64,000 bases of DNA from the NCBI GenBank assembly GCA_951406725.2, contig OX597819.1, positions 85,994,001 through 86,058,000 of the forward strand, written 5' to 3'. The DNA is from Octopus vulgaris. Taxonomy: Eukaryota. A program made the translations under genes and the position numbers. Shown in pieces: positions 53,595 to 64,000 of the stretch; the first letter of the stretch is position 1; each line of letters opens with the position of its first letter. The notes under the pieces are model-generated. The model searched no databases. It saw only the letters and a list, made by a program, of their open reading frames with translations, and was not told the origin of the DNA.

Positions 53595-56500
53595 AAATAA
53601 TTGATTGGTAAAATCTTCCTTGCACTGTTTGCACGGTTTATGTGATTGTATTTTGTCTCGTCTTTATATTTGGAAAACTCATTTACAGAATCTAGTTTAT
53701 AATCAATATATAGCGTACAGAACTATTAGTATTTGTGTTCACAGATTATCTATAGAATCAGAGCTAGGCAAAAAGAAATGGTTGATATGGTGTCTCTCAT
53801 AAAGATATCATCTAATGGGGTTAGAACAGGTGCTTATAATCTCTTTTATTTTGCAGTGCTTTTGATATATGCAATTTGTATGACATTATTAATACAGACT
53901 TTATGTTTGATATCTTTAATAACCTGTCGGATGTTGTTATGAAATAATTCATGCTTGGATATTTGGGCTCGTTTTCTGATGTTTATATTTACTGCTCAGT
54001 ATAATCTCTAGATGATCTTTACACTTGTACCCACGCTTCCATTTAGATGAATAATCACTCTGTTGCACAAAGTATCAGTTGATTCACAGTTTAACAGTTG
54101 GAAGTATTGCATGTGATATTTTACAAAGAATTGGTATTGTTTTCAATTCTATCAGGCAGTCAGATATTGACAAGCTATGGATTCGTATGCACTTAAAATA
54201 AACTAAAATTATCATTCATAACTGCTCAACTACTTTTTGCTGTTGCTAATGTTATCTTTTTATTGCTATTGTTGATTAGATTCAAATCACTTCTGCTTAG
54301 ATAGATGTGTGATCTACAAATATTCTGTGGTGGTACCACACATTTTGGTTTTCTTTTCCCTGCTGGTGCGTATCTAGAATCATATTTATGCCAGTACAGA
54401 AAAATTTGGCTGTTACTTCAGGTAGATTGAAGGACCACATTGAAGCTCACTGCTGTGCTCGACGTTACCGTGTAATATTCTTATGGAATACATGCAGGGT
54501 GTTTTCAAATGCATGGTTTTGAAAGTGATGATTTTTTCTCCAATGCTATATCTGTTTAATCCATTATTTACTCTGAATATTTTTGTCTTAAGCATTCTCA
54601 TGTTTTCAGCCGCTTTTGTACATTGTACATCATAACGTAAACAATTTATTGATGTTTACAGAATAGTTATATACTGCCACCTGAGTTATGTAAATCTTTA
54701 TATTTTAATTTTCTCTTCCATTCGTCTATTCTTTGTTGGTAACTTCTGACTAGTGTAACGATAGATTGTTCACCTATTCATTCATTTCTATTGTTATAAC
54801 TATAAACATGTGTTTTATTGTGTAATAGAATAGGGAATCATAAGATGATTTATCTCTTTTTGCACATTCCTGATAGCGTCACTTCATCTATGTTAGTCTT
54901 TAAGAGGTGTACTCTTACACGCATAACAGCAATTAATCAGGATAACAGTTTTACCAAGTTCTTAACAGGTGAATCGTAGGTTATGCTTTCCCAGCTGCAA
55001 TGGAAAATAAAACACATATCCTAAGAGTTAAAAAGACTAGAATAATTGTCGTTCCTAAAGAAATATGGCCAGAAGTGATGTTTACACTGTTTACATAGCT
55101 ATTATTATAGAAGGCTCCTGGGTCAATTGTTTTTCGTTCTCCTACGATTTTTCGTGTGTAAGTTGTGTTTATATTTAAACAATAGGTATGTGCATTGTAT
55201 AAATATAAGGTTGCAAATCTAAATACAAAGAACATTATAATTTGATATATCAATTTTTTTCCTCGCGTTGTTTATATATATTCCATAACTTTGATGTCTC
55301 CCAGCACTGTGATAATTTCTGATATGTTGATGTGTTCATTTGATTGGATAATGCATTCTGTTGACAATCCTATTATTTTATCAGAAAGCATGTGCTCAAA
55401 GTATTCTTAAAAATACACTACTTCAAAATGAATTAGTTCAAGTCATTAAAATAATAAAGAAGGTGCCATTAAAACTAGAGGCTCCGAACAATGTGAACAA
55501 GCCCCAAAATTAAAAAGGAGTTTCGGAAGATTCAGAGGATACAGTAATTAAGAAATCAGTCCAATAATTAAAAAGAAAACTATTGGATTGAAAATATTTA
55601 AATAAGTAAAAAATATCTATATAAACTGACTGCTCTAAATGTTTTTACTTTTTATTTTCAAGCTTTAGGTTTCTCCGAGTTAAAAAGTCCCCCAAGTACA
55701 GGAGCCCCCGGGCCATGGTCCATATTGGTCTAAACATAAATCCTGCCCTAATCATAGGAGACAATATCACTGCTATCGCAATTTATGCTGTTATTCTTAC
55801 TGGTTTTAATAACATAACCCACTTTTCCTTTTGTAACTGCATCATCAAATAAATTGTCAAGATATCACTTTAGAAGTTAGATTTCTAACATCATCAGTCA
55901 AAGTTTTCTGATACAGTATATTTTTGTACTGTCTATGTAGTTGAATATGTGTTAAATATTTATCGGTTATTCATTGTTTCATGTAAATTATATCTCTTTG
56001 TAATAGCTTTCAGTATCGGTAAATTAATCGCTTGTATGACGCATGGGAATGTATGATGGCTGGAAATTAGCAGGGGACAACAAACAATTTCATTTGTTTT
56101 GTCCATCAAATTCTTTGTCTTGTTTTGACAGGATAATCTAAACGTTGTATTTTCCATTGCACTAGCATGTATTGAGAAATAAACGGTTATCGGTAGACAA
56201 ATGAAATTTTCAAGAGTTGAAAGTTCAAAGTCCAAATAATTGCACTACTGCAATAGAAGCAATCGGCAGCAGCAGCATTATAATCATCGTCAACATCATC
56301 ATCAGCAGCAGCAGCAGCAAAAGGAACCGAAACAGCAGTAATGGTAAGCAAATACCATAATATTCCTATGAAAGCGGCAATACATTTTCATAAGGAAAAA
56401 AAAAATTGAAATTAAAATTAGAACACTCGTATGACGGCAAACGACAGTTGCAGTGAAAGCAGCAACGATAACATTAACAAACATAACCAGAATAACTGCA

Positions 56501-56779
56501 GAAGGAAAGAGACCAAACGCAACAGATGGTAGCAGCTAGAGCGGCAAAGACAGTAATGGTAAAAACAGCAGCAGTAAACACAGGAAAACATATACCTTTC
56601 CCAAGATTACCAACGGTTTCTAAGGCTGTGGAAATGCGTATTCTAACTTAGTGTTAGCATCGAAATAGAGGCATTTGCTCAACAGCATTTTAAAGATAAA
56701 AAACAGCTTAGTTTTCGACGGTTTGAACTCAGGCTATGCAAAATTTTAAGATATAGATGTGGTGGTCATCACAGAGACG

Positions 56780-57060
56780 AGAATTCTGGGCCACGAAGCT
56801 TCACATCAATTTTCGGTGAATATGAGGTGTCCACATCTCCAAGTTTATCAAGTAAGATATGAAGTGGATCTGTTGTTTCGAAGGGGGACATGGATCTCAT
56901 GATACAAACCAACGCCTTGGGTCCAAAAGCTAAGTTAGTAGTCCTGACTATGAGCAACAGCGAAGGAAGTGCCTTCAAACAAGTAGTTCTCTACACTCCG
57001 ACGGAGTCGAGGCAACCAACACAGAATTTCATATTACACTTTTCCACAACTTGACAGAGA
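56780..57060 (+). mobile_element. Decayed Tx1/L1-like endonuclease fragment
   Basis: EGSAFKQVVLYTPT parallels EGSAFRLVAVYAPT at 57915. Confidence 0.5.
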
Positions 57061-57112
57061 CAGCTGGCTTTTCTGAATATAGCAATGACAAACCGTGACA
57101 GGTCATCTAGAT

Positions 57113-57321
57113 CAGCGTTTTTCAAACTGTAGATCCCAACTCTTCAGTGGGTCACGAAATAAATAAAATGGGTCACAGTCAAAAAGGAAGGAAAGAAAAA
57201 GTGCAAGTGGATGCAAAGTGCAGAATATAAACCAGCGTTTTTCAAACTGTGGGCCCCGACCCTTTAGTGGGTCAAGAGATAAATAAGAAAGGTCATGACA
57301 AAAAAATATTGAAAAATGCTG
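57113..57321. mobile_element. hAT (Charlie-type) MITE with 8-bp TSD ATCTAGAT
   Basis: TIRs CAGCGTTTTTCAA / TTGAAAAATGCTG; ATCTAGAT at 57105-57112 and 57322-57329. Confidence 0.9.
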
Positions 57322-57559
57322 ATCTAGATCATATCAATAGAATAGCTTCAGCCAATAGATAAGAACAGCATAGGCTGTGTGGATTTTTAAATCGTCGGAT
57401 ACACAGACTACAGATTTGTGATCTGTACGTTGACCTTGTCCCTAGCTTGTAGGGAACTTTCAAAAGGACCTCAGTATCAGATTTTACAAGAAACTGCTGG
57501 GGAAAAACCAGCATCCAACGAGAGGGAGGAAGTAGGCACCCCCACTCCCCTACATAGCA

Positions 57560-58965
57560 TTGGTAAATAACTCGCTCCTATTTTCACAAATTCCCATCGT
57601 CCAACATGGTATTGCTTAGAGTGGGCAGTATAAAAGTACGCGGCCTGGGGGTCGTCATGGAAGCAAGCTCGCTTGCTTAATGACCTCAGGTGGTGAAAAT
57701 TACACGTAATAACTGCCAGTGAGACCAGCATCACGGACACGCGCACCTGCGCCTTACCACCCATTTTCGAAGATTATGAGATCTTTGCATCTCTTGGTCG
57801 ACTGGGAATAGGGGCAGAGGTAGGGGTGTTGTTCAGGAAAGTTCTGGATCTCGAGATACGGTCGGTCTTTCTGGACCCGGAAGGTAGGATATTGGTCCTG
57901 GACGTGAATGATAAACGAAGGCAGTGCCTTTAGACTGGTCGCTGTGTACGCACCGACCGGAGTGGGACATCTGGATTTCTTTAGACGTTTGGAGGTCTTT
58001 TTTGGGACGTCTCGCTCCTTAGAATTAACGGGCGACTGGAAAGCCATCTTGGATGTTCATAGGTACTGGGTAGAACTAGCCGACAAGAAAGTGGGGTGCG
58101 CAAGCCTCGCTAACCTGCTCAGTCGTTTCCAATTAGTTGACAGGTTCAGACTGGATTTGCCGAAAGCTTCAATGTGAACATAGGCAATGGCATTTGGTCA
58201 TCCAGATCTTATCTAGACAGGGTACTTTGTAGGCAAAGTGATAAGGATAGCATAAGTTGTCCACAATTTGAAGTTGTCAGCTATACAGACCACAAATTTG
58301 TAATCTGTATGGTCGACCTAGGTAGGCTCAATAAGCAGGGCCACGGATACTGGAAGCTAAACGCGTATTTCCCAGCGCGTTCATTGCTGACTTGTGGAGT
58401 ATCGTCGGACAGTTATTGTTACGTGTTGGACGGGTTCAGCTATCGTCCGATTTTATTGTGAAGATTGCCCCCTCTCCTTCCTTTGGCTGAGAAAGAAAGG
58501 CAGTTTTTCTCTGTCTGGTGGCTATGACGGAAGAGGTTGTACGGGGGACACGATTGAAAGGGTTGAAAACAGGTACCTTTCTCTTTGGCCAGGGCCTCAT
58601 TGATTTTTCATGTTCCACTTGAGAAGGAAGGTGAGACTGCAGAGGGTGGTGCTATCACCCAATAGGTTTGTCGAAGAGTGGGTGAATGTAGCAAGGATAG
58701 CCCATGTGGGTGGGCCTACACTAAGTGTGCGCACGTAGGCCGGATGGAGTGAGGAGGAGAGGGGTGCCTATCTGAGGTGCCTTGGTGCTAAGGGCCCAAA
58801 TTGGGTGAGGTTGTTTTGGTCGCGTCTTGGTTAATCACCCACAATAGGGAATTATATATTAATTGTTGTATTTGTTGGCAGTTTACACGTTTAAACTCAC
58901 TGTCCCGTGTCTGTGTGTCGTCCTCTATGCATTGTGTTCGGCCCTGGTGGTCAATAAAGAAAGAA
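57560..58965 (+). mobile_element. Internally deleted Tx1/L1-like element (endonuclease + 3' end)
   Basis: FLDPEGRILVLDV, FRLVAVYAP, GDWKAILD, SYLDRVLC, YTDHKFV, GYWKLN; ends with AATAAAGAAAG then (ATT)n. Confidence 0.8.
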
Positions 58966-58974
58966 TTATTATTG

Positions 58975-59020
<46 letters not shown>

Positions 59021-59024
<4 letters not shown>

Positions 59025-59130
59025 TAGTTTTATTTTTATAACATGCTTTCACTTCACTACCGAGCGCAGCTCTGTGTACCTTGGGTATGTGCTGTGATTT
59101 GTTGCGACGCTTTGATGGTTACTGTATTGA
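59021..59130 (-). mobile_element. 3' tip of the 34447-37551 Dong/R4-like family
   Basis: CAGTAGTTTTATTTTTATA...CGAGCGCAGCTCTGTG is the reverse complement of 37450-37551. Confidence 0.85.
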
Positions 59131-59142
59131 ATATTATTATTA

Positions 59143-59194
<52 letters not shown>

Positions 59195-59204
59195 CATTAT
59201 TATT

Positions 59205-59900
59205 CTATTGTCTTTGCACAGCTTCTAACGCTGGAGATGTACTAGGGTGTCAGCTGTTCCTTGCTAGTGAACTAAGGTAACACCCCTTATTTTTCGAGCA
59301 CCATCTGGGGTATTCGTGTGGTTCCAAGCAGTGCTATGTTCTGCAAGTGTTCCACCCTTATTGCAGCCCCTATTTGTTCCATGTACTTCTCTATATTTAT
59401 CTTCGCCGTCCCCAGGGCTCCGACAATTATTGGTACTACTACCACCTTTTAAAGCGACCACAACTACTTAACGTCCCAAGCTAACCTGTTATATCTATCG
59501 ACTTTTCTTTCTTCCTTATCGCAAATCTTGTTGTCAGTTGGGCATGCTATATTTAGGATCCAGCATTTTTTGCATTATTTCTCAATTAACACTATGTCTG
59601 GTTACCTATTCTTTATCCCATGGTTGCACTGAATTATAAACTTCCATGGGATCTTTACATTATCATTTTCGATGATGTCTTCAGGTTTATGATTGTACCA
59701 CGTTTTTGCTCTGTCAAGTCCATACTTCTTGCAAAGTGTCCAATAGACAATCCTTGCTATATTGGCATGATGCCTCATATTCTCTCTAGGCTAATGGCGT
59801 ACATTGACTTGTAATATGCCATATCGTTTCACCACTTTGTCCACAAATTCTGCACTTATCACTTTATGGTGTGTTGTCTATTCAGTATTTAATGCAGTTG
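59205..59900 (-). mobile_element. 3' part of a second Dong/R4-like family
   Basis: PDIVLIE, WILNIACPTDNKI, VVVVPIIVGALG, LQNIALLGT; flanked by (ATT)n. Confidence 0.75.
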
Positions 59901-59939
59901 CTCCTTCTGAGAATTAAACAGTAAAGAGAAAGAGCAATG

Positions 59940-59995
<56 letters not shown>

Positions 59996-60014
59996 CATTA
60001 TTATTATTATTTAT

Positions 60015-60350
60015 GGGTTTTTCTTCTTTCAAATTTGCTTCCATTTCTTGCGGAGTGTCTTCCCGACTCCTAGGGCAAAGAAACTTATAGTATACATTGG
60101 TAGGTCATTAAACTAAACTCACTAGTTCGTTCAATTTTTTTTTGAAAGAAATAAAGTTAAATTAAAATACATGGGTAGTAATAGTTCTCACATCGACAAT
60201 GCTCTTCTCAATACGTGTGATGTACCAGTTAAGACAATCTTTTGCATTTCTTGGGGGATGGTAAGCCAGGGATCATTCTCATATAATTTTCGGTTCCCAT
60301 CTTGATCATTCCTAGTGCTCTTGCGATCACTGGTATTGTAACCGCCTTGA
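60015..60350 (-). mobile_element. 3' part of a third Dong/R4-like family
   Basis: KAVTIPVIARALGMIK...EMQKIVLTGTSHVLRRALSM plus 3'UTR; flanked by (ATT)n. Confidence 0.75.
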
Positions 60351-60373
60351 GATTATTATTATTATTATTATTA

Positions 60374-60461
<88 letters not shown>

Positions 60462-60812
60462 CGAGTACGCAACTTTAAGACTATTAAAACGGTTGTTATG
60501 AACAGAAATAACATAGTACTTCTGTATCAAAGAACATTAGAACAGTTTTTATATTTATGAATTACTCCAATAAGAAGATTATGTTTGAAGCAAAACGTGC
60601 AGGTAAAGCTATGTTTACTGATATTCCCCATCATTATAATCACCATAAATCCCTGTGCATGTCATGCTCATAAAAAATACTTCTGTTTGACTTGCCACAG
60701 ACAGACCATATCAAAAGGATTTAATTCACAAATTTAGTCTAATATTTAGTCTATATTTATATAAAGACTAAATATTTAGTCTATATATATATTCTATCTA
60801 TCTATCTATCTA

Positions 60813-60873
<61 letters not shown>

Positions 60874-61036
60874 AGTGGTTGTATAAAGTCAACAAAACGT
60901 GACAGTCCCGTAGAGGGAATTACAACAACGCTATATAGCCCTAGGAAGCATCGACGCTTCCTGTCGACTTTGACACATTTTCTATGTCCTTATATTCGCA
61001 AAGGGGAGGCAAGCACCCCCACCAGCTAGGAACAGC

Positions 61037-61086
61037 AACCTGAATACATGCATGATTCTGGGTATTGCCCATCATCAGTTCAGGTT
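61037..61086 (-). ncRNA. Minimal type-I hammerhead ribozyme motif (left arm)
   Basis: Minus strand AACCTGAA CTGATGA TGGG CAATA CCCA GAAT C ATGCAT G TA TTCAGGTT; GAAT instead of GAAA. Confidence 0.7.
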
Positions 61087-61684
61087 AGCGTGTCCTTTTC
61101 TCTTTATTATAGACACAATGGTCTGATTACATAGAGGGGACAAAACAAGACAAAACGGGAACATAAAACAAATGATGTATGATTGATGGAGTTATTAATA
61201 ATTAATGAGAATGAAACTGTTCGACTCACTCCCGCTGTGAGACGTGCAGTGAATTTTTTCACATTAATTCTCAATACCATCGGGTCTCACTGTGAGGCGA
61301 AACCGCGATGGTCTTCTTTATCAATATCGTAAACTTTATCATTAATTGTTCACATTAGTATTTGTATTTTCCATTTCTATTTTATCTTTTTTTTCCAGCG
61401 TTACATCTTCCTTTTTTTTTCATATGAAATTTGACAGACAAATAACACAAGTTCAATTCTCAGTTCATTTGCAGTTCAATTCATTTTTTTTTTTAAACAA
61501 TTAGTTGCGTTACACTCATAATTATACTTACCGTCTACGTTTTTTTTTCCACATTTATTATTGTCACATTTCTTTTTTCTCTCGTTCTCTTCTCGAGTCT
61601 ACTGCTTCGTTCATCTCCGTTTGTGAGAAGCTGCTCGAAAGTTCGTGTGAGGCCGACGTTTGTCGGTGAAAGAAGAAACTGGAA

Positions 61685-63035
61685 ATGAAGAGCTACGCTG
61701 AAGCGACAGCGGAAGACCCGGAGAAAGAGAAATTAAGAAAGCTAACACTGAAGTCGTTGAATTGGGACCCTGAAAAGATGAAGAGATACTTGAGCAAAGT
61801 AGAAATAGAAGCAACGAATGTGAAGCTTGTAATGCCGGAGGAGAAAAAGAAAATGTTAAGGGATTTAACAAGAGTATACAGAACATTCTCCAACGAATCC
61901 AGGAGGATTGAAATAGCACCGGAATTTCAAATAGAAACAATGGTATCATGCTGTATGGATAGAGTGGTTTTCATAAATAGAGGAAGCCAATACGGCACGA
62001 TAAATATTACATTTGAAAATGTGGAGGCGGAAAAGAAGAATGACCAAGTGATAGAAGGAAATAGTTGGACTCTCATTCCCGACAAACCAGGAAAAAAGTT
62101 GGGGAAAATTAGAGTTGGAAGAATCCCACCCATAATAGAGCCCGAATGGGTAATAGTGGGAATCTTCGGAGAGAACTTGAAGAAAAGAAGTACAAAGTTA
62201 AACGTTCTAACAGTGAGTAAATCACAATGTTTGAATTTTTGAGGTTATGAAATTGAAGCAATTTGCGCTATAACCGAAGAATACTATCAGGAAATACCGG
62301 AAACGGTAGAATTACCGACTGGTGAAAAGTTGGTGATTGTGCTACAGGGAAGACCCCCAAAATGCTACTTGTGTGGCATAAGGGAGCATATGCGAAGGAA
62401 ATGCCCGAATACAGAAGTAGAAAAAAGGTTGGAAACAACAGTGGAAGAAAAAGCAGCCGATGAATAGAAGATGGAGAACAATAATAGAACGAATATGGTG
62501 AAGAGAAGGAAGAGAAAACGTAAAAAGTCGCCAACTTTGGAAGAAGCTAAAAAGAGTAAAGGAGCGGCAGAGAATTTAACTTTTCAGAACGGTAACCCCG
62601 AGGAGCCAACTATGGAAGAGAGAGAGAGATGAAACTGCAAAACGAAGATGAAACAGCGAGAAAATTTAGAGTTATGTGAGCCAAAAGATAGATAACAGAT
62701 GGGAGAGACGCATTTGAAAAAGTCACCAACTTTAGAAGAAACGGAAAAAAAGTAGTGGAATGGCAGAGAATATAACAGACCAGGACGGTAACACTGAAAG
62801 AATATATATGGACGATATGTTGAGAGCGATGAACCTGCAACGCGAAGAAGTGTGGCAGTGGTTTAGGCTCAAAGAAAAAGAACATGGAAGAGAGGTATTT
62901 GCAGTCGGGAGAAAATTCAGATTACACAAACGGAGACGATCGAAGCAGTGGTCTCGAGAAGAGAAACACAAGAAAAGAAAGAGAACGAGGGGGAAAGAGA
63001 AATGTAACAATAATAAATGTGGAACAAAAACGTAG
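61685..63035 (+). pseudogene. LINE-ORF1/Gag-like nucleic-acid-binding protein (RRM-like + CCHC knuckle), with stops
   Basis: MKSYAEA start; reading through TGA 62240 gives ...LQGRPPKCYLCGIREHMRRKCP (CX2CX4HX4C at 62363-62404); basic KRRKRKRKK tract; collinear with the ORF1 at 9080-10653. Confidence 0.8.
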
Positions 63036-63467
63036 ACGGTAAGTATAATTATGAGAGTAACGCAACTAATTGTTAAAAAAAATATATATAAATTGAACTG
63101 CAAATGAACTGAGAATTGAACTTGTGTTGTTTGTCTGTGAAATTTAATATGTAAAAAAAAAGGAAAATGTAAAGCTGGAAAAAAAGATAAAATAGAAAAG
63201 GAAAATACAAAGGCTAATGTGAACAATTAATGATAAAGTTTACGATATTGATAAAGGAGACCATCGCGGTTTCGCCTCACAGTGAGACCCGATGGTATTG
63301 AGAATTAATGAAAAAATTCTCTGTTCGTTTCACAGCTTCATTCCCATCAATTATTAATCACTCCATCAATCATACATCATTTGTTTTATGTTCCCGTTTT
63401 GTCTTGTTTTGTCCCCTCTATGTAATCAGGCCATTGTGTCTATAATAAAGAGAAACGGATACGCTAC

Positions 63468-63513
63468 CCTGAACTGATGATGGGCAATACCCAGAATCAT
63501 GCATGTATTCAGG
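63468..63513 (+). ncRNA. Minimal type-I hammerhead ribozyme motif (right arm)
   Basis: CCTGAA CTGATGA TGGG CAATA CCCA GAAT C ATGCAT G TA TTCAGG; predicted GUA cleavage after 63507; GAAT instead of GAAA. Confidence 0.7.
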
Positions 63514-63733
63514 TTGCTGTTCCTAGCTGGTGGGGACGCTTGCCTCCACTTTGCGAATATAAGGACACAGAAAATGTGTCAAAGCCGACAGGAAGCGTCG
63601 ATGCTTCCTAGGGCTATATAGCGTTGTTGTAATTCCCTCTACGGGACTGTCACGTTTTGTTGACTTTATACAACCACTTTATCGCTCCACCACCGCTCAT
63701 GTCTCGTTCAGACACTTAGAAATTCATTATTTC

Positions 63734-63908
<175 letters not shown>

Positions 63909-64000
63909 GACTATAATAATAGTGTATATTTATCTCTGCATAGATTTCATCGCCTCAAATTACCTGTCAGTATGAGCTGCCAGGAAAGTCTCTACGTTAT

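Larger units (their letters stand above)
60874..63678 (+). mobile_element. Unclassified 2.8-kb element: ~750-bp inverted arms (60874-61625, 62925-63678) around an ORF1/Gag-like gene
   Basis: Arms are reverse complements from AGTGGTTGTATAAAGTCAAC/GTTGACTTTATACAACCACT in to CTCCGTTTGTG/CACAAACGGAG; (TA)n lies directly left and ~60 bp to the right. Confidence 0.9.

Noticed and set aside
56255-56600. CAG/GCA-rich stretch as a polyQ/polyA exon
   Set aside because: Decayed simple repeat with stops; no coherent frame
60874-63678. Interpretation as a classical TIR DNA transposon or LTR element
   Set aside because: No transposase or integrase, no clear TSD, arms are inverted rather than direct and include the ORF's own 3' end
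63943-64000. Possible exon start after TCTCTGCATAG ([19 protein letters not shown])
   Set aside because: Too short and cut by the window edge

Overview
AT-rich, repeat-dominated eukaryotic DNA. The SINE families and microsatellite load suggest an octopus (coleoid cephalopod) genome; this is inferred from family resemblance only. No host protein-coding gene, rRNA, true tRNA gene or CRISPR array can be supported, and most ORF-track entries are microsatellite or antisense artefacts. DNA transposons: two mariners, an IR/DR Tc1, a full-length Chapaev3-type element with TTA TSD, and a Charlie-type hAT MITE with an 8-bp TSD. Retroelements: Tx1/L1-like LINE relics, a near-complete Dong/R4-like RLE retrotransposon with many truncated relatives in (AAT)n, RTE-like relics, a decayed Penelope-like RT/GIY-YIG element and many tRNA-derived SINEs. 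The most unusual signal is a set of fold-back elements carrying hammerhead-ribozyme (HHR) motifs in TA-rich sites. (i) A 2.8-kb element (60874-63678) has ~750-bp inverted arms, each with a minimal type-I HHR motif, around an RT-less LINE-ORF1/Gag-like CCHC gene. (ii) A ~470-bp palindrome (42467-42934) has an HHR fold at its apex, with a second decayed copy beside it. (iii) A 1-kb inverted-arm element (31321-32310) has similar architecture. Ribozyme activity and family status are untested inferences.
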